Shown: positions 1-11,921, counted from the first letter of the stretch. The stretch is DNA of 64,000 bases from Alphaproteobacteria bacterium (GCA_051715325.1 JBPXJO010000034.1:14033-78032), one strand, 5' to 3'. The notes: generated from the letters alone by a model not told the origin. Numbers and translations are program-made.

Positions 1-1832
1 CCGATAACGCCAATGTCGCCATCCTGACGTCGAACGATGATGACGGCCTCGACATCATGCGCCACACGATTGCGGCGCAGGTGCTTGCCCGTGCGATCAA
101 AAACCTGTACCCGTCCGCCCGCCTCGCCATCGGCCCGACCATTAAAGACGGCTTCTATTACGACATCGCCTTTGAAGCGCCGATCTCGACCGACGATCTC
201 GAAAAGATCGAAAAAGAGATGCACCGGATCATCAAAGAAGGTCACAAGATCGAAAAGAAAGTCTATTCCCGTGCGGACGCCATCGCCCTCTTCAAAGAGC
301 GCGGCGAAGACTACAAAATGAAGATCATCGAAGACACCCCGAATTCCGATGCCTTCCAGATTTATCATCAAGGCGAAACCTCGTTCATTGACCTCTGCCG
401 TGGTCCGCACTTGCCGTCTTTGGGTAAAATCGGCGCTTTCAAACTGACCAAAGTCGCCGGAGCCTATTGGCGCGGCAACAGCCAGAACGAAATGCTGACC
501 CGTATTTACGGTACAGCATGGCGCACACAGGAAGAGCTTGACCGCTACCTCAAACAAATCGAAGAAGCCGAAAAACGCGATCACCGCAAACTCGGCCGCG
601 AGATGGATCTTTTCCACCTTCAGGAAGAAGCCCAAGGCTCGGTCTTCTGGCACCCGCACGGCTTTACGATCTACAACCAGCTCGAGCGCTACATCCGCGA
701 GAAAATTTACGCCGACGGCTACGTCGAAGTCAAAACCCCGCAGCTGATGCACTCGAAATTCTGGGAAGCGTCAGGCCACTGGGACAAATACCGCGAGAAT
801 ATGTTTGTTGTGCCGGACGTTGTGCCAAACATCGAACTCGATGGCCCTGTCTTCAAAGAAGAACCGAAAGAGTTCATGGCATTGAAACCCATGAACTGCC
901 CGGCGCACGTCCAGATTTTCAAACAGGGAATCAAAAGCTATCGCGACCTGCCGATCCGCATGGCCGAGATGGGCTGCTGCCACCGCAACGAAGCCCACGG
1001 CGCTCTGCACGGTCTGATGCGCGTACGCCAGATGACCCAAGACGATGCGCACATCTTCTGCCGCGAAGACCAAATCGGTGAGGAACTAGAACGTTTTGTC
1101 GCCCTGTTCAAAAATGTCTATGCCGATTTTGGATTCAACGACATTCGCGTAGTACTGGCCACAAGACCGGACAAACGCGCCGGAACCGACGAGATATGGG
1201 ACCGCGCCGAAAAAGTCATGGCCGAAACTCTGAATAATCTGGGAATGGCGTTTGAATACGCCCCAGGGGAAGGTGCCTTCTATGGCCCGAAATACGAATT
1301 CCATCTGCTCGATTCCATTGGCCGCTCATGGCAATGCAGCACCTGCCAGCTCGATTTTGTCATGCCCGAACGCCTTGATGCATCTTATATGGGTGCCGAC
1401 GGCCAGAAATATCGTCCGGTGATGATCCACCGCGCGGTGTTTGGCTCGTTCGAACGCTTTATCGGTATGCTGATCGAAAGCACGGCCGGCAATTTCCCGC
1501 TCTGGCTCGCTCCGGTTCAGCTCGTGATCTCGGGTGTGACCGAAGCCAATAACGACGCCGCTTCCGCCCTCACCGCAAAATTTAAAGCCGAAGGCATCCG
1601 CGCCGAGTTCGATGGGCGCAACGAGAAAATCTCGTACAAAATCCGCGAACACATGAACGCCAAAGTGACCTTTGTCGCCATCATCGGCAACAAGGAACAA
1701 GAAGACGGAACCATCACGATCCGCCGCCTTGGTGTGAACGAGCAGGAAACCTACAAGGTGGACGAATTCATCGCGATGATGAAACAGGAAATCGCCGACC
1801 GCACCCTGCCGCCAAAAGCCAAAGATGCCTGA
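1..1832 (+). CDS. thrS: threonine--tRNA ligase (5' partial, continues upstream of window)
   Basis: The frame is open from position 3 with no stop. The translation has class II aaRS/ThrRS motifs (HRKLGREMDLF, CRGPH, anticodon-binding C-terminal domain). About 610 aa are visible against ~640 aa expected, so the N-terminus is missing. Confidence 0.92.
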   Translation, partial: DNANVAILTSNDDDGLDIMRHTIAAQVLARAIKNLYPSARLAIGPTIKDGFYYDIAFEAPISTDDLEKIEKEMHRIIKEGHKIEKKVYSRADAIALFKERGEDYKMKIIEDTPNSDAFQIYHQGETSFIDLCRGPHLPSLGKIGAFKLTKVAGAYWRGNSQNEMLTRIYGTAWRTQEELDRYLKQIEEAEKRDHRKLGREMDLFHLQEEAQGSVFWHPHGFTIYNQLERYIREKIYADGYVEVKTPQLMHSKFWEASGHWDKYRENMFVVPDVVPNIELDGPVFKEEPKEFMALKPMNCPAHVQIFKQGIKSYRDLPIRMAEMGCCHRNEAHGALHGLMRVRQMTQDDAHIFCREDQIGEELERFVALFKNVYADFGFNDIRVVLATRPDKRAGTDEIWDRAEKVMAETLNNLGMAFEYAPGEGAFYGPKYEFHLLDSIGRSWQCSTCQLDFVMPERLDASYMGADGQKYRPVMIHRAVFGSFERFIGMLIESTAGNFPLWLAPVQLVISGVTEANNDAASALTAKFKAEGIRAEFDGRNEKISYKIREHMNAKVTFVAIIGNKEQEDGTITIRRLGVNEQETYKVDEFIAMMKQEIADRTLPPKAKDA

Positions 1833-3015
1833 TATCGCCATCATTGGCGCTGGACCCGGCGGCCTGATGGCCGCCGAACGTCTTGGAAAACAAGGCTACA
1901 GCGTCACAATCTACGACCACAAACCGAACCCCGCGCGAAAATTCCTGATGGCGGGGCGCGGCGGCCTCAACATCACCCACTCGGAACCACTCGACGTTTT
2001 TCTGGATCGCTACGGCGAAAGCCGCCCGCGCTTGGAACCATCCATTCGCGGCTTTACACCCGACGATATGCGCGCATGGTGCGCAGGACTAGGTGAAGAA
2101 ACTTTCATCGGCTCAAGTGGCCGTGTCTTCCCCAAAAGTTTTAAAGCCTCACCACTTCTGCGGGCTTGGCTCGCCCGCCTCGAAACCTTCGGCGTAAAAT
2201 TTAAACCAAACCATCACTGGAATGGCTGGAACACCCAAAACCAGTTGGTCTTTACATCACCGGAAGGTGAAATGACGGTTACCGCCAATGCAACGATCCT
2301 CGCCCTTGGCGGAGCGTCATGGCCCAAACTCGGATCAAGCGGCGACTGGACAAATCTCCTCGAACAGCGCGGCATAACGATAAGCCCGTTCCGTCCGGCC
2401 AATTGTGGCTTTAAGGTGGAATGGTCAGACATCCTCAAATCCAAATCCGCAGGCGAACCCCTCAAAGCCGTCACCCTCACCCATAACGGCATCGCCCGTC
2501 AGGGCGACATTATGATCGCGGAAAATGGTTTAGAGGGCGGGCTAATCTACGCCTTCTCCAAAGACCTCCGCACCGCTATCGAGAAAAACGGTATCGCCCG
2601 TTTCACGATTGACCTCAAGCCGGATTTTGAAGAAAGCGAGATCACCCGCCGCCTCTCAAAACCCCGTGGACGCGACACCTTGAGCAATATTCTCCGCAAA
2701 CAAATCGGATTACCGCCCGCCTCCATTTCCTTGCTCATGGAAGACCGCACACTCACCGCCAAAAGCGCTGCTGAACTGGCATCTCGTATCAAAGCCCTGC
2801 CGCTTTCAAGCACCGCGCCGTTTTCGTTAGAGCGCGCGATCTCGAGCGCAGGCGGAATTGTCTGGGACGAACTCGACGATAATTTCGCTCTCAAGAAAAT
2901 ACCGAACACCTACGCAATCGGCGAGATGATCGACTGGGAAGCTCCGACCGGCGGCTATCTGCTTCAAGCCACCATCGCCATGGGATTTGATCTTGGAAAT
3001 CGTCTATTCCGCTGA
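1825..3015 (+). CDS. NAD(P)/FAD-dependent oxidoreductase, HI0933/BaiN-like flavoprotein family
   Basis: N-terminal Rossmann motif IAIIGAGPGGLMAAERL. Overall resemblance to uncharacterised HI0933-like flavoproteins. ATG at 1825 overlaps the thrS stop (ATGCCTGA), suggesting coupling. Confidence 0.8.
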   Translation: MPDIAIIGAGPGGLMAAERLGKQGYSVTIYDHKPNPARKFLMAGRGGLNITHSEPLDVFLDRYGESRPRLEPSIRGFTPDDMRAWCAGLGEETFIGSSGRVFPKSFKASPLLRAWLARLETFGVKFKPNHHWNGWNTQNQLVFTSPEGEMTVTANATILALGGASWPKLGSSGDWTNLLEQRGITISPFRPANCGFKVEWSDILKSKSAGEPLKAVTLTHNGIARQGDIMIAENGLEGGLIYAFSKDLRTAIEKNGIARFTIDLKPDFEESEITRRLSKPRGRDTLSNILRKQIGLPPASISLLMEDRTLTAKSAAELASRIKALPLSSTAPFSLERAISSAGGIVWDELDDNFALKKIPNTYAIGEMIDWEAPTGGYLLQATIAMGFDLGNRLFR

Positions 3016-4845
3016 TGCGCGCATCTCATCAAGCTCGAGCCAACGAAGCTCCGACGCCTCGAGTTCAGCCTTCGCCGCGTCCAAACGGCTCGATGCCGTC
3101 ATAAACCGCTCCGCATCCCGCGTGTAAAGATTGGCATCATCCAGCTCTACAGAAAGACGTCCAATCTCCTCCTCAAGCGCCACCATTTTATGAGGCAAAT
3201 TCTCGAGCTCGTACTGAAGTTTATAGGATAATTTTTTAACCGCGACGGGGGCTACTGGCTCCGCCGCGCTACCGGATGCACCACCCGATTTTGCCGAAGA
3301 TTCACTCGCCTCAACCTTTGGCGCATGCCGGATGGCACGGGCTTCGAGATAATCACTATACCCGCCGACATAACCTTCAATCACACCGTCACCTTCAAAG
3401 GCCAGAATACGCGAGACCGTCTGGTCAAGGAAATCACGGTCGTGACTGACAACAATGAGTGTTCCGTTATAGGCGCTCAAGACATCTTCGAGTACATCGA
3501 GCGTATCCATATCAAGGTCATTGGTCGGCTCGTCGAGGATAAGGAATGATTTGGGATTAGCCAGAACCTTGGCCAGCAACAAGCGGTTTTTCTGCCCGCC
3601 TGATAAGGTCGCCACCGGATGACGCGCCGACGCCGGGTCAAACAAAAAGTCTTTGAGATAACCGCAGACATGGCGGGTTTTCCCCATCACCTCGAGATAA
3701 TCCCCACCCGTCGGAATGAGTGTCCGCCACAAGGAATCCTCGGGATTAAGGTCACGGCGGTTCTGGTCAAAATAGGAAAATTCGATTTCCTTGTTGCGTT
3801 TGACTTTACCGGCATCAGGCTCAAGCTCGCCAATCAGCAATTTAAGAAATGTCGATTTCCCCGATCCGTTCTTGCCGAGAATACCAATCCGGTCACCGCG
3901 CAGAATCCGCATCGAAAATCCGTCGAGAATTTTCTTGTCTTCGAAATTCTTATGCACCTTGATAAATTCAGCCACAATTTTGGACGACACGGAAACATCG
4001 GGACTATCGAGCTCGATCTTCGCCATCATCCGGAAGAACGCCGATTTATCAGCCTTCAAGCGATCTCGTTCGGCTTTCATCAGCTCCAAGCGGCGCACGT
4101 TGCGCTTCAAACGCCCGCGCACACCGCGCGATGCCCACTCCTGCTCCATCTCGAGAATTTTCTCGCGGTTTTTAAGCTCGCGCTCTTCCTGTTCAAGGAG
4201 ATTGATCGACCACTCGTCGAAATAAGAGTAACCGCGCGGACACACGCGCAAACTTCCGCGATCGAGCCAGAACACTTTCTGCGAGATATTGGCAAGGAAC
4301 GCGCGGTCGTGGCTCACGCATAAAAATGCCCCACGATAAGACTTAAGATACGTCTCGAGCCAGAGGATCACATCAAGATCAAGATGGTTGGTCGGCTCAT
4401 CGAGCAAAAGAATATCCGGATCTTCAACCAAGGCCCGCGCCAGCGCGGCACGCCGCATCTGCCCGCCCGACAACTGATCCATCCGGTCGGAAAGTGCAAT
4501 ATGAAGCGGCTCGGCCACCATCTCCATCCGGTAGGTAAAGGCATCATGCTGGTTTTCGGCACTTAAGTCTTCAAGGATAAAGTCTTTCACCGTTTGCCCG
4601 GGCTTTGGGGCGACATCCTGTTGCAAATAACCGATAGTGGTTCCGTTCAGAACCCAGCGCTCTCCGGCATCGAGTTCCTTAAGTCCGCGAATGATGTTCA
4701 TGAGCGTGGATTTGCCAGCGCCATTCTTGCCCACGAGGCATGTTTTATCACCTTCTAATATATGGAAGGTCAGATTTTCAAAAATAGGGGCTCCGCCGAA
4801 ACCGACCAGAGCCTCCTGCACACTAAGCAAAACACGGGATACCAT
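3004..4845 (-). CDS. ABC-F family ATPase (two ABC cassettes, Uup/YheS-like, C-terminal coiled coil)
   Basis: Two Walker A motifs (GKNGAGKST, GKNGSGKST), two LSGGQ signatures and a C-terminal coiled-coil. The ORF extends to 4980, but alignment with typical ABC-F N-termini favours ATG at 4845 (MVSRV...) or 4890. Confidence 0.85.
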   Translation of the reverse strand: MVSRVLLSVQEALVGFGGAPIFENLTFHILEGDKTCLVGKNGAGKSTLMNIIRGLKELDAGERWVLNGTTIGYLQQDVAPKPGQTVKDFILEDLSAENQHDAFTYRMEMVAEPLHIALSDRMDQLSGGQMRRAALARALVEDPDILLLDEPTNHLDLDVILWLETYLKSYRGAFLCVSHDRAFLANISQKVFWLDRGSLRVCPRGYSYFDEWSINLLEQEERELKNREKILEMEQEWASRGVRGRLKRNVRRLELMKAERDRLKADKSAFFRMMAKIELDSPDVSVSSKIVAEFIKVHKNFEDKKILDGFSMRILRGDRIGILGKNGSGKSTFLKLLIGELEPDAGKVKRNKEIEFSYFDQNRRDLNPEDSLWRTLIPTGGDYLEVMGKTRHVCGYLKDFLFDPASARHPVATLSGGQKNRLLLAKVLANPKSFLILDEPTNDLDMDTLDVLEDVLSAYNGTLIVVSHDRDFLDQTVSRILAFEGDGVIEGYVGGYSDYLEARAIRHAPKVEASESSAKSGGASGSAAEPVAPVAVKKLSYKLQYELENLPHKMVALEEEIGRLSVELDDANLYTRDAERFMTASSRLDAAKAELEASELRWLELDEMRASAE

Positions 4846-5038
4846 GGCATAGGGAGGTAGCAGATGAACGCCGGCAAGTCCAGTTTTCATGGAAGATGCC
4901 CCCAAAATTCCCATCGGCCTGTTAATTATTCTGTAACAAACTGTGTAAATCTGTCGCAGATTTTTATTTGTTTTTTTCAAAAGACAGGATTATGAGAACC
5001 CCAACTTAACGAAAATATTTTGTAAAAAGGTAATCGAC

Positions 5039-5968
5039 ATGACCCACACAAACCGCACTTTGCTGGAGGATACCCACTACCGTGGCCACAGCGAGTTCTA
5101 CATGACAGCCCGCCACTCGGTTGGCGAAGACGGATCCCACACCATTAAATTTCTGGGCGACGACCCGACCGCCATCCGTAACAGCGACCTGCGCGACCAG
5201 TTTTACGAACACACCCATGTCTACTTGCCTACCCGCGGCGAATTTCAAGACCCATCCAAAAAACACCCGTCCGAAGGTCAATATCTGGTATCAGTTGGCA
5301 CATTGATCTGGGCTTGGCAGCGTGACAAAAATGTTGTTATTCCGGTTCTGGAACGCAACGGCGGCGTCCCGCAAAGCGGAATGTACACCACCCCAAGCGG
5401 ACTGGTCAGCACTAACCCTCTCGAAGCCATGTGGAATGAAACCAACGAAGAACTGGGCCTGATCGTCAACGGCAAAATCGCGATCGTAGAGCCGGTTGAT
5501 GACGACCTTCATTTCGTTCCGAACTGGCAAGCTCACGCCGAAAGAAACAAACAAGTGAATGCCAAACGTGTTGGCGGTGCCTTGGCGGACGTATTTGCAG
5601 CCAATACCCACACCCCTGAAGCGTTCACCGTTCTCAAGGCTACCGAAGAATATTCCCCGATTCCTCTGGACACTGTAACGTTCCAAGGCATTATCGGAAC
5701 ACTCGCTCCGATCAAGGCCATGGTCCATGTTGATGACGCCATGCGCACCATCTCGGTAACCCGTTTGGTTCATATTAGCTTGCCGGAAGATGCCGACATT
5801 CAATTGGTTGATCCGGAATTCGCACCGGCTGACGCACGCAAAGTTGAACTCGCAACCGTCGACCAGATTATCGATACGAACCGCCCGAAAGCGATCGGTC
5901 TCAATGACTATGCAGAGCGTACTATTGCCAACTACAATCTAGTCGGAATTCATCCGTCGATGAAATAA
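5039..5968 (+). CDS. hypothetical protein with a partial Nudix-box-like signature
   Basis: Clean 309-aa ORF with coding-like composition, followed by a rho-independent terminator. The segment NETNEELGL resembles the REUxEExGU half of the Nudix box, but the upstream Gx5E half is absent. No other family recognised. Confidence 0.5.
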   Translation: MTHTNRTLLEDTHYRGHSEFYMTARHSVGEDGSHTIKFLGDDPTAIRNSDLRDQFYEHTHVYLPTRGEFQDPSKKHPSEGQYLVSVGTLIWAWQRDKNVVIPVLERNGGVPQSGMYTTPSGLVSTNPLEAMWNETNEELGLIVNGKIAIVEPVDDDLHFVPNWQAHAERNKQVNAKRVGGALADVFAANTHTPEAFTVLKATEEYSPIPLDTVTFQGIIGTLAPIKAMVHVDDAMRTISVTRLVHISLPEDADIQLVDPEFAPADARKVELATVDQIIDTNRPKAIGLNDYAERTIANYNLVGIHPSMK

Positions 5969-5994
5969 TCCGGACAAAATCTGCATTTAAAAAA

Positions 5995-6025
5995 CAGGGC
6001 TTGAATTCAGGCCCTGTTTTTATTT
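5995..6025 (+). terminator. rho-independent terminator after the 5039..5968 gene
   Basis: Hairpin CAGGGCTTGAATTCAGGCCCTG followed by TTTTTATTT. Confidence 0.5.
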
Positions 6026-6174
6026 GGGCGTTGGCCAGAAAAACCACACGGCCAATCCGACAACAGCCAGAAATACAACCTTGCCGATTATCAATTTGAT
6101 GATAAATTTCTTATCTATATCAGCAGGTTAGCATATTTTTATCCTCAAACAAGAGTAAGGTATGACAAACCCGC

Positions 6175-7020
6175 ATGAATTTGCTAGGGTCCCCCCCTGA
6201 TATGAAGACCGACAGACACACCCCGTTTGAACCCCAGCGCCGAATTGCCGTGCTGACCGCTCAAGGTATTGCCACACAGGGAATATCGGAGGCGATGGGC
6301 TATATGTTTCCGGATGCAACATGTGTGAGGGTGCAACCAAGCCACATACGTCCCCATGCCCTTGAAAATTTCGATATATTGGTTTTACCGGGCATCATTG
6401 ACGAAGACAGCCCTTATCCGGATATTCTGACGCCGCAAAAATCCGGCTTTGTCCGTCAGGCCATCGAGAACGGAATGGTTCTTATGACCTTCTGCGCCGC
6501 GACGTATTATATGCTCGATCGGATCGAATACACCAAACGGAATGGTGAAAAGAAAGAACGGAACGGCTGCGGCCTGATCTCGGGCACAGCGCGTCAAGCG
6601 TTTGCCCATGTGACCCGTATCAAACCCGGAACAACCGAGCAAGACGACTACGTACTGGCCCGCCTTCGTTTACAGGATCAATGGGACATTCATGCTCTCA
6701 ACATCAATGGGCCGGAAATTGTCATTTCCGATCAGGAACGACTCTCCAGCACGCCGTTCATAACCTACGCCGCGACAGGTGGAACCGCAGCTTTACAAAA
6801 AAAAATTGGCAAAGGGCTCATACTGGCTATGGGCATCCATCCGGAACTGACGACCGACCATCCGTTACTACCGCCTCATTTCTCGCATCATGATAACGAA
6901 CGCTGGGTTATCCTCGATCATATTGCCGACCGGATAAACCGCCATAAAGGCTGGAGTCGTCAAGCCCCGATCACTTCCCCGACCGCTTATAGGAATGATA
7001 TGGCCTATGTCGCAGTCTGA
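6175..7020 (+). CDS. hypothetical protein, class I glutamine amidotransferase-like / BPL_N-like fold
   Basis: The motif (FDILVLPGI..., a Cys-containing nucleophile-elbow-like region) resembles GATase1-like/BPL N-terminal-like domains. No catalytic assignment possible. Confidence 0.5.
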   Translation: MNLLGSPPDMKTDRHTPFEPQRRIAVLTAQGIATQGISEAMGYMFPDATCVRVQPSHIRPHALENFDILVLPGIIDEDSPYPDILTPQKSGFVRQAIENGMVLMTFCAATYYMLDRIEYTKRNGEKKERNGCGLISGTARQAFAHVTRIKPGTTEQDDYVLARLRLQDQWDIHALNINGPEIVISDQERLSSTPFITYAATGGTAALQKKIGKGLILAMGIHPELTTDHPLLPPHFSHHDNERWVILDHIADRINRHKGWSRQAPITSPTAYRNDMAYVAV

Positions 7021-7471
7021 TCCGTTTGTTATCCGCCTTCGTCCGCACCATCTTTTGTGTATGCTGACCTATGTCGGCAAAGGCTACAGCGACTTGTTTG
7101 TCGAAAACTTTGACAACCTCGCAGGCCGTATGAGCAAAGCCATGGCCCAAGGCCAATGCTGGATCGAGATTATCAGCGGACCCGATGATGTCTGCGCTCC
7201 GCGCCTGTGCGATCCGTCCGACACCGCCTGCCACTGCCACGATGCGGATATCCGTGAAACCGATCGTCTGGCCTGCATCGACCTTGAAAAAATTCCGCAA
7301 ATCGGACACATAACAGTTGGCCGCAAAATCCAGCTAACGCCCGAGCTGCTCAACGATCTCCGTACCCGCTTTAAAAACGACTCGGTTCGTGCTGCATGCC
7401 GGAACTGCGAATGGTTTGACCTTTGCACCGACATCGCCGCAACCGGTTTTGCCGAAGGAAAACTGAAATGA
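7007..7471 (+). CDS. DUF1284-like protein (HHLLC motif, Cys-rich)
   Basis: [11 protein letters not shown] motif and multiple Cys/His residues typical of DUF1284. The stop TGA overlaps the trmFO ATG (ATGA). Confidence 0.6.
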   Translation: MSQSDPFVIRLRPHHLLCMLTYVGKGYSDLFVENFDNLAGRMSKAMAQGQCWIEIISGPDDVCAPRLCDPSDTACHCHDADIRETDRLACIDLEKIPQIGHITVGRKIQLTPELLNDLRTRFKNDSVRAACRNCEWFDLCTDIAATGFAEGKLK

Positions 7472-8811
7472 CTACGAACCTGAAACCAATTCACATTATC
7501 GGCGGCGGCATGGCCGGAACCGAAGCCGCATGGCAAGCCGCCAATATGGGCGTTCCCGTAATCCTTCACGAAATGCGACCGCACACCACCACCGACGCCC
7601 ACAAAAGCGATGGACTGGCCGAGCTGGTTTGCTCCAACTCCTTCCGCTCGGATGATAAAGACTACAACGCTGTCGGCCTTCTGCACGAGGAGATGCGGAT
7701 GCTGAACTCTCTTCAGATGCAGGAAGCCGCCAAATGCGCAGTTCCGGCTGGCGGAGCTTTGGCGGTTGACCGCGACCAGTTCTCAAACAACATCACCAAA
7801 ATCATGGACGATCATCCGCTGATTACGGTTGAGCGCGGCGAGATCGCAGGCCTTCCGCCCGAAGATTGGGACTCGGTCATTATCGCAACCGGCCCTCTGA
7901 CCTCTCCTTCCCTCTCCTCGTCCGTCCGCGAGCTGTGCGGAGAAGACTCTCTTGCGTTTTTTGACGCGATAGCCCCGATTGTCTACCGCGAGTCCATCGA
8001 CATGGACAAGGCGTGGTTCCAATCGCGCTATGATAAAGAAGGACCCGCCGGAACCGGAAAAGACTATATCAACTGCGCGATGGACAAAGCGCAATATTTC
8101 GCCTTTGTCGATGCGCTTCTCGCCGCCGAGAAAACCGAGTTCAAGGAATGGGAAAAAAACACGCCCTATTTCGAAGGCTGTATGCCGATTGAAGTCATGG
8201 CCTCCCGCGGGCCGGAAACCCTGCGCTATGGACCGATGAAACCGGTCGGACTCACCAATCCGCACCGCCCTGAAAAGCCCTATGCCGTTGTCCAGCTTCG
8301 TCAGGATAATTCCCTCGGCACTCTTTATAATATTGTCGGCTTCCAGACCAAGATGAAATACGCCGCACAGACCGAAGTATTCAAGACCATCCCCGGTCTC
8401 GAGAATGCCGAGTTTGCAAGATTGGGCGGTATCCACCGCAACACCTTTATCAACTCGCCGCGCGTTCTCAATAACCGCCTCCAGATGAAGGCCGCACCGC
8501 GCCTCCGCTTCGCCGGACAAATCACCGGATGCGAAGGCTATGTGGAATCGGCGGCCGTCGGTTTGATCGCCGGGCGCCTCGCAGCAAGCGAACGTTTGGG
8601 CCGCGAGATGACCATGCCGCCAGCCACAACAGCGCTGGGTGCCATCATTGCCCACATTACAGGCGGCGCCGATGACACCACCTTCCAGCCGATGAATGTG
8701 AATTTCGGATTATTTCCGGAAATCGTGACCAAAGAACGGGGCCGCGAGAAAAAGAAAGTCATGGCCGCCCGAGCGATCAGCGACCTTACCGACTGGATCA
8801 AAACGATTTAA
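7468..8811 (+). CDS. trmFO: methylenetetrahydrofolate--tRNA-(uracil-5-)-methyltransferase TrmFO
   Basis: N-terminal FAD motif [18 protein letters not shown] and the overall TrmFO/Gid architecture. Start at MTTNL. Confidence 0.9.
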   Translation: MTTNLKPIHIIGGGMAGTEAAWQAANMGVPVILHEMRPHTTTDAHKSDGLAELVCSNSFRSDDKDYNAVGLLHEEMRMLNSLQMQEAAKCAVPAGGALAVDRDQFSNNITKIMDDHPLITVERGEIAGLPPEDWDSVIIATGPLTSPSLSSSVRELCGEDSLAFFDAIAPIVYRESIDMDKAWFQSRYDKEGPAGTGKDYINCAMDKAQYFAFVDALLAAEKTEFKEWEKNTPYFEGCMPIEVMASRGPETLRYGPMKPVGLTNPHRPEKPYAVVQLRQDNSLGTLYNIVGFQTKMKYAAQTEVFKTIPGLENAEFARLGGIHRNTFINSPRVLNNRLQMKAAPRLRFAGQITGCEGYVESAAVGLIAGRLAASERLGREMTMPPATTALGAIIAHITGGADDTTFQPMNVNFGLFPEIVTKERGREKKKVMAARAISDLTDWIKTI

Positions 8812-9547
8812 GCCACACTTTTAGCTCTTTGAATGGAACAGGCTGGATATGAAACGGATCATATCCGGCCTTTTCAATTGTCCCGTAATAAAGATCGGCC
8901 AGTGACCGTGTCGCACGCCAATAGCGGTGGGACAAACGTCCCTCCGGACGAAGCGCACGCCCCTCCTCGCACAATGTCTTAATCGTGTTCACCATCTTTT
9001 CGCTATGAGGAACGATATCCTCGGGAAAAAGATTCGGTAAAATCTTGCGACCCGCTTTCGCATAATACGGCAACGAACGCACCAGCCCCACTATGCCGTA
9101 GTAACGCGACAACGACAGGAGAACATCGTCACTGACGTTGGCTCCCATTACAGAATTTTTTATAATCAGGAGATGCCCCTGCGCTCCATCAAGATAGGCC
9201 CACACATCTTCCATTTTGGAAAATGCCATCTCGTCAAACTCCATTGCCCGTGCATCAAGGATTCTGTCAAAAGACTCGTAACAAAGCCGCCCCCCCGGAA
9301 CCTCCTGAAGCCCGACGAGAACTGGATGCCGCTCGGAATTCTGGCCCTGACAAAGGCCGGACAATTCGTCACGCCACCATTGCAAACGGATATAACCTAA
9401 AGGCGAGGTCGTAACGGTTTCGCGTATATGAGCCAATTCGGAATTAAGGTGGTCCAGCACTTCGCACATCGCGCGCTCTTCGGGCTTCGATATAAAAAGA
9501 GACAGAAAGTGGCGGTCAGGATCGTGCTGGGACAGGTTAAAGTTCAT
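8798..9547 (-). CDS. squalene/phytoene synthase family protein (short alphaproteobacterial type)
   Basis: RLQWWRD motif and the C-terminal YYG...LP..A..GR.YLP pattern of the isoprenoid synthase superfamily, at only 249 aa. Confidence 0.7.
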   Translation of the reverse strand: MNFNLSQHDPDRHFLSLFISKPEERAMCEVLDHLNSELAHIRETVTTSPLGYIRLQWWRDELSGLCQGQNSERHPVLVGLQEVPGGRLCYESFDRILDARAMEFDEMAFSKMEDVWAYLDGAQGHLLIIKNSVMGANVSDDVLLSLSRYYGIVGLVRSLPYYAKAGRKILPNLFPEDIVPHSEKMVNTIKTLCEEGRALRPEGRLSHRYWRATRSLADLYYGTIEKAGYDPFHIQPVPFKELKVWLKSF

Positions 9548-9661
9548 GGGGATAGTAATTTCTATACGGCGGATAATCTTTATGAAATCGTTAATGTGTC
9601 ATGCTAAACTTGTGCAGCATATACAAAGTGAGTCAACCAAAATCATCACATTGGGAATCCT

Positions 9662-11764
9662 ATGTTTAAAATATTGAATAACCTGACCATCCGCACCCGT
9701 ACAACCTTGAGCGTCATGCTCTTTATTTTCACTCTGATCTTTTCGATGTATCAGGCCATCACCAGCATCGGCAGCAATATCGTTTTCGCCGAGCAAGAGA
9801 AAAAAGGAAATGCCTATCAGCGTCCTGTTGCCGAAATGCTCTATAACGCCGGAGCTCTCCGCGCCCTGACCAGCATGGCGGCAGCCGGAATTGATGTCCC
9901 GTCAAAAAGTTACGATAATGTCGTATCCACAATTGACGCCGAAATGGGCAAACTTAAAACCATCAACGATCAAATCGGGACCGATCTGCAGTTTACCGAT
10001 GAAGGGCTTGCAAGTCGCGGTCGTGATAACCTTAAACTCGAAAAAGTCGAAGCCAAATGGAAAGCCTTGGCGGCATCCGGCGCCGCTATGAAGGACGAAG
10101 ATATCGTCTCCTTCATTGCCGATCTTCGCGGCTTGATCGCCCACTCGGGAGACACCTCGAACCTTATTCTCGATCCGGACCTCGACAGCTACTACCTTAT
10201 GGACGTGACCCTTCTGGCTTTGCCTCAAACTCTGGATCGTCTGGCCAACATCGCCTCAGTTATGATTCCGGAACTCGGAAAAGCTAGCGGGTTGAATGAA
10301 GAGCAGAAAATTGAATCCGCAGTGATGGCACGTATGCTCCGCGAAAGCGATATTGACCGCGTTGCCGCCGACATGGATACCTCATTCAAAGAAGACCCGA
10401 ATTTCTATGGAACCAGCGATAGCTATAAAACCGTAGTTGGCCCTTTGCTCGACACCTATCAATCTAAAAACAAAGATATGCAAACCGCTTTGGTGGACAC
10501 CTCCGCAAAAGGTACTTACTCCCAAAAAGCCTTTATCCTCGCATGGACCGATGCCCACGCCTCTGCTTACGCGATGCTGAAATCCAGCTATGATGAATTG
10601 GATAAACTTCTGGACTACCGTATTGCATCCTATGAGGCTCAACAAGACGATGTTCTGATCCAATCGGTTCTAGGCATCATCGTATCATTGGTGTTCTATA
10701 TGATCGTGATCATGTCTCTGTCGCGTCCTTTGAAAGACCTGAATGGGTCTATGGATGCAATCAGCTCGGGCAATCTGGATCTCGAAATTCCGCATACGAC
10801 CTCAAAATCGGAAATCGGAAAAATGGCGCGTGCTCTTGGTGTATTCAAACAAAACGCTCTGAACGTCCGCAAGCTCGAAGCCGACAAAGAGCGCGCGAAA
10901 GCCGAGAACGAACGCGAGCGCCGCGACTCGATGAACCAACTGGCCGATCTGTTTGAAAAACAAATTGGATCGATGTTGCAATCTCTTCTAGGTTCAGCCG
11001 AGAAAACCAGAGAAACCGCCGAGCATATGGCCCTACTCTCCGACCAAGTCTTGGGCGGAAGTACCGAAGTCTATGAATCGGCGAACCTGATTAACCAGAA
11101 CGTCCAGACTGTGGCGGCTGCGACCGAAGAACTCTCTGCCTCATCGCAAGAAATTTCGCGTCAAGTCACCGAGGTAAGCCAGAAATCAAGCTCGGCCTAC
11201 GCCGAAGCCCAGAATGCCTCGCACACAGTGGAAGAGCTGAACGCAATGACCGCATCGATCGGCGAAGTCGTCTCCGCTATTCGCGAGATTGCCGAGCAAA
11301 CCAACCTCCTCGCGTTGAACGCCACTATCGAAGCGGCACGCGCCGGAGAAATGGGAAAAGGCTTTGCGGTTGTGGCCGATGAGGTTAAAAAACTGGCGGT
11401 CCAGACGTCGGCGAAAACAGACGAGATTAAAGAGCGCGTCGAGAAAATCCAAACAGCGGTCGGAAACAGTGTCTCCGCCGTATCGAGCATTATCCGCGAC
11501 GTCGAGCAGATTGACCACGCAACCGCATCGGTAAGCGCCGCCGTAGAAGAGCAATATGCCGCGACCGAGGAAATCGGACGCAACGTCAACATGGTCAGTG
11601 GCGGAACCCAGCAAATGACTGGAACGATTGCCGATGTAAAAGAAAGCTCGATCACCAGCGGACAACGTGCGGCGGATGTCTTGAACGATGCCGAAACCGT
11701 GAGCAAGCAAGTCGAAGCCCTGCGCAAGCAAATCAGCGGTTTCCTCGACAGCATCCGCGAATAA
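9662..11764 (+). CDS. methyl-accepting chemotaxis protein (2 TM, periplasmic sensor, HAMP, MCP signalling domain)
   Basis: Highly conserved MCP tip motif [30 protein letters not shown]. Two hydrophobic segments bracket a ~300-aa periplasmic domain. Confidence 0.88.
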   Translation: MFKILNNLTIRTRTTLSVMLFIFTLIFSMYQAITSIGSNIVFAEQEKKGNAYQRPVAEMLYNAGALRALTSMAAAGIDVPSKSYDNVVSTIDAEMGKLKTINDQIGTDLQFTDEGLASRGRDNLKLEKVEAKWKALAASGAAMKDEDIVSFIADLRGLIAHSGDTSNLILDPDLDSYYLMDVTLLALPQTLDRLANIASVMIPELGKASGLNEEQKIESAVMARMLRESDIDRVAADMDTSFKEDPNFYGTSDSYKTVVGPLLDTYQSKNKDMQTALVDTSAKGTYSQKAFILAWTDAHASAYAMLKSSYDELDKLLDYRIASYEAQQDDVLIQSVLGIIVSLVFYMIVIMSLSRPLKDLNGSMDAISSGNLDLEIPHTTSKSEIGKMARALGVFKQNALNVRKLEADKERAKAENERERRDSMNQLADLFEKQIGSMLQSLLGSAEKTRETAEHMALLSDQVLGGSTEVYESANLINQNVQTVAAATEELSASSQEISRQVTEVSQKSSSAYAEAQNASHTVEELNAMTASIGEVVSAIREIAEQTNLLALNATIEAARAGEMGKGFAVVADEVKKLAVQTSAKTDEIKERVEKIQTAVGNSVSAVSSIIRDVEQIDHATASVSAAVEEQYAATEEIGRNVNMVSGGTQQMTGTIADVKESSITSGQRAADVLNDAETVSKQVEALRKQISGFLDSIRE

Positions 11765-11788
11765 CCCGTTTCAACAGAATTCCAGAAA

Positions 11789-11820
11789 GAGCCGGGCACT
11801 CGTCCGGCTCTTTTATTTAT
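11789..11820 (+). terminator. rho-independent terminator after the MCP gene
   Basis: GAGCCGG-loop-CCGGCTC hairpin followed by TTTTATTTAT. Confidence 0.5.
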
Positions 11821-11921
11821 GAGGAACACAGCATATAGGCCGTTATGGCCTTGCTTTTCGCAATGAGTCGTCTTAAGTGGAAGAGACTGATTTGACCCAC
11901 CATCGATCCGGAGAATTTATT

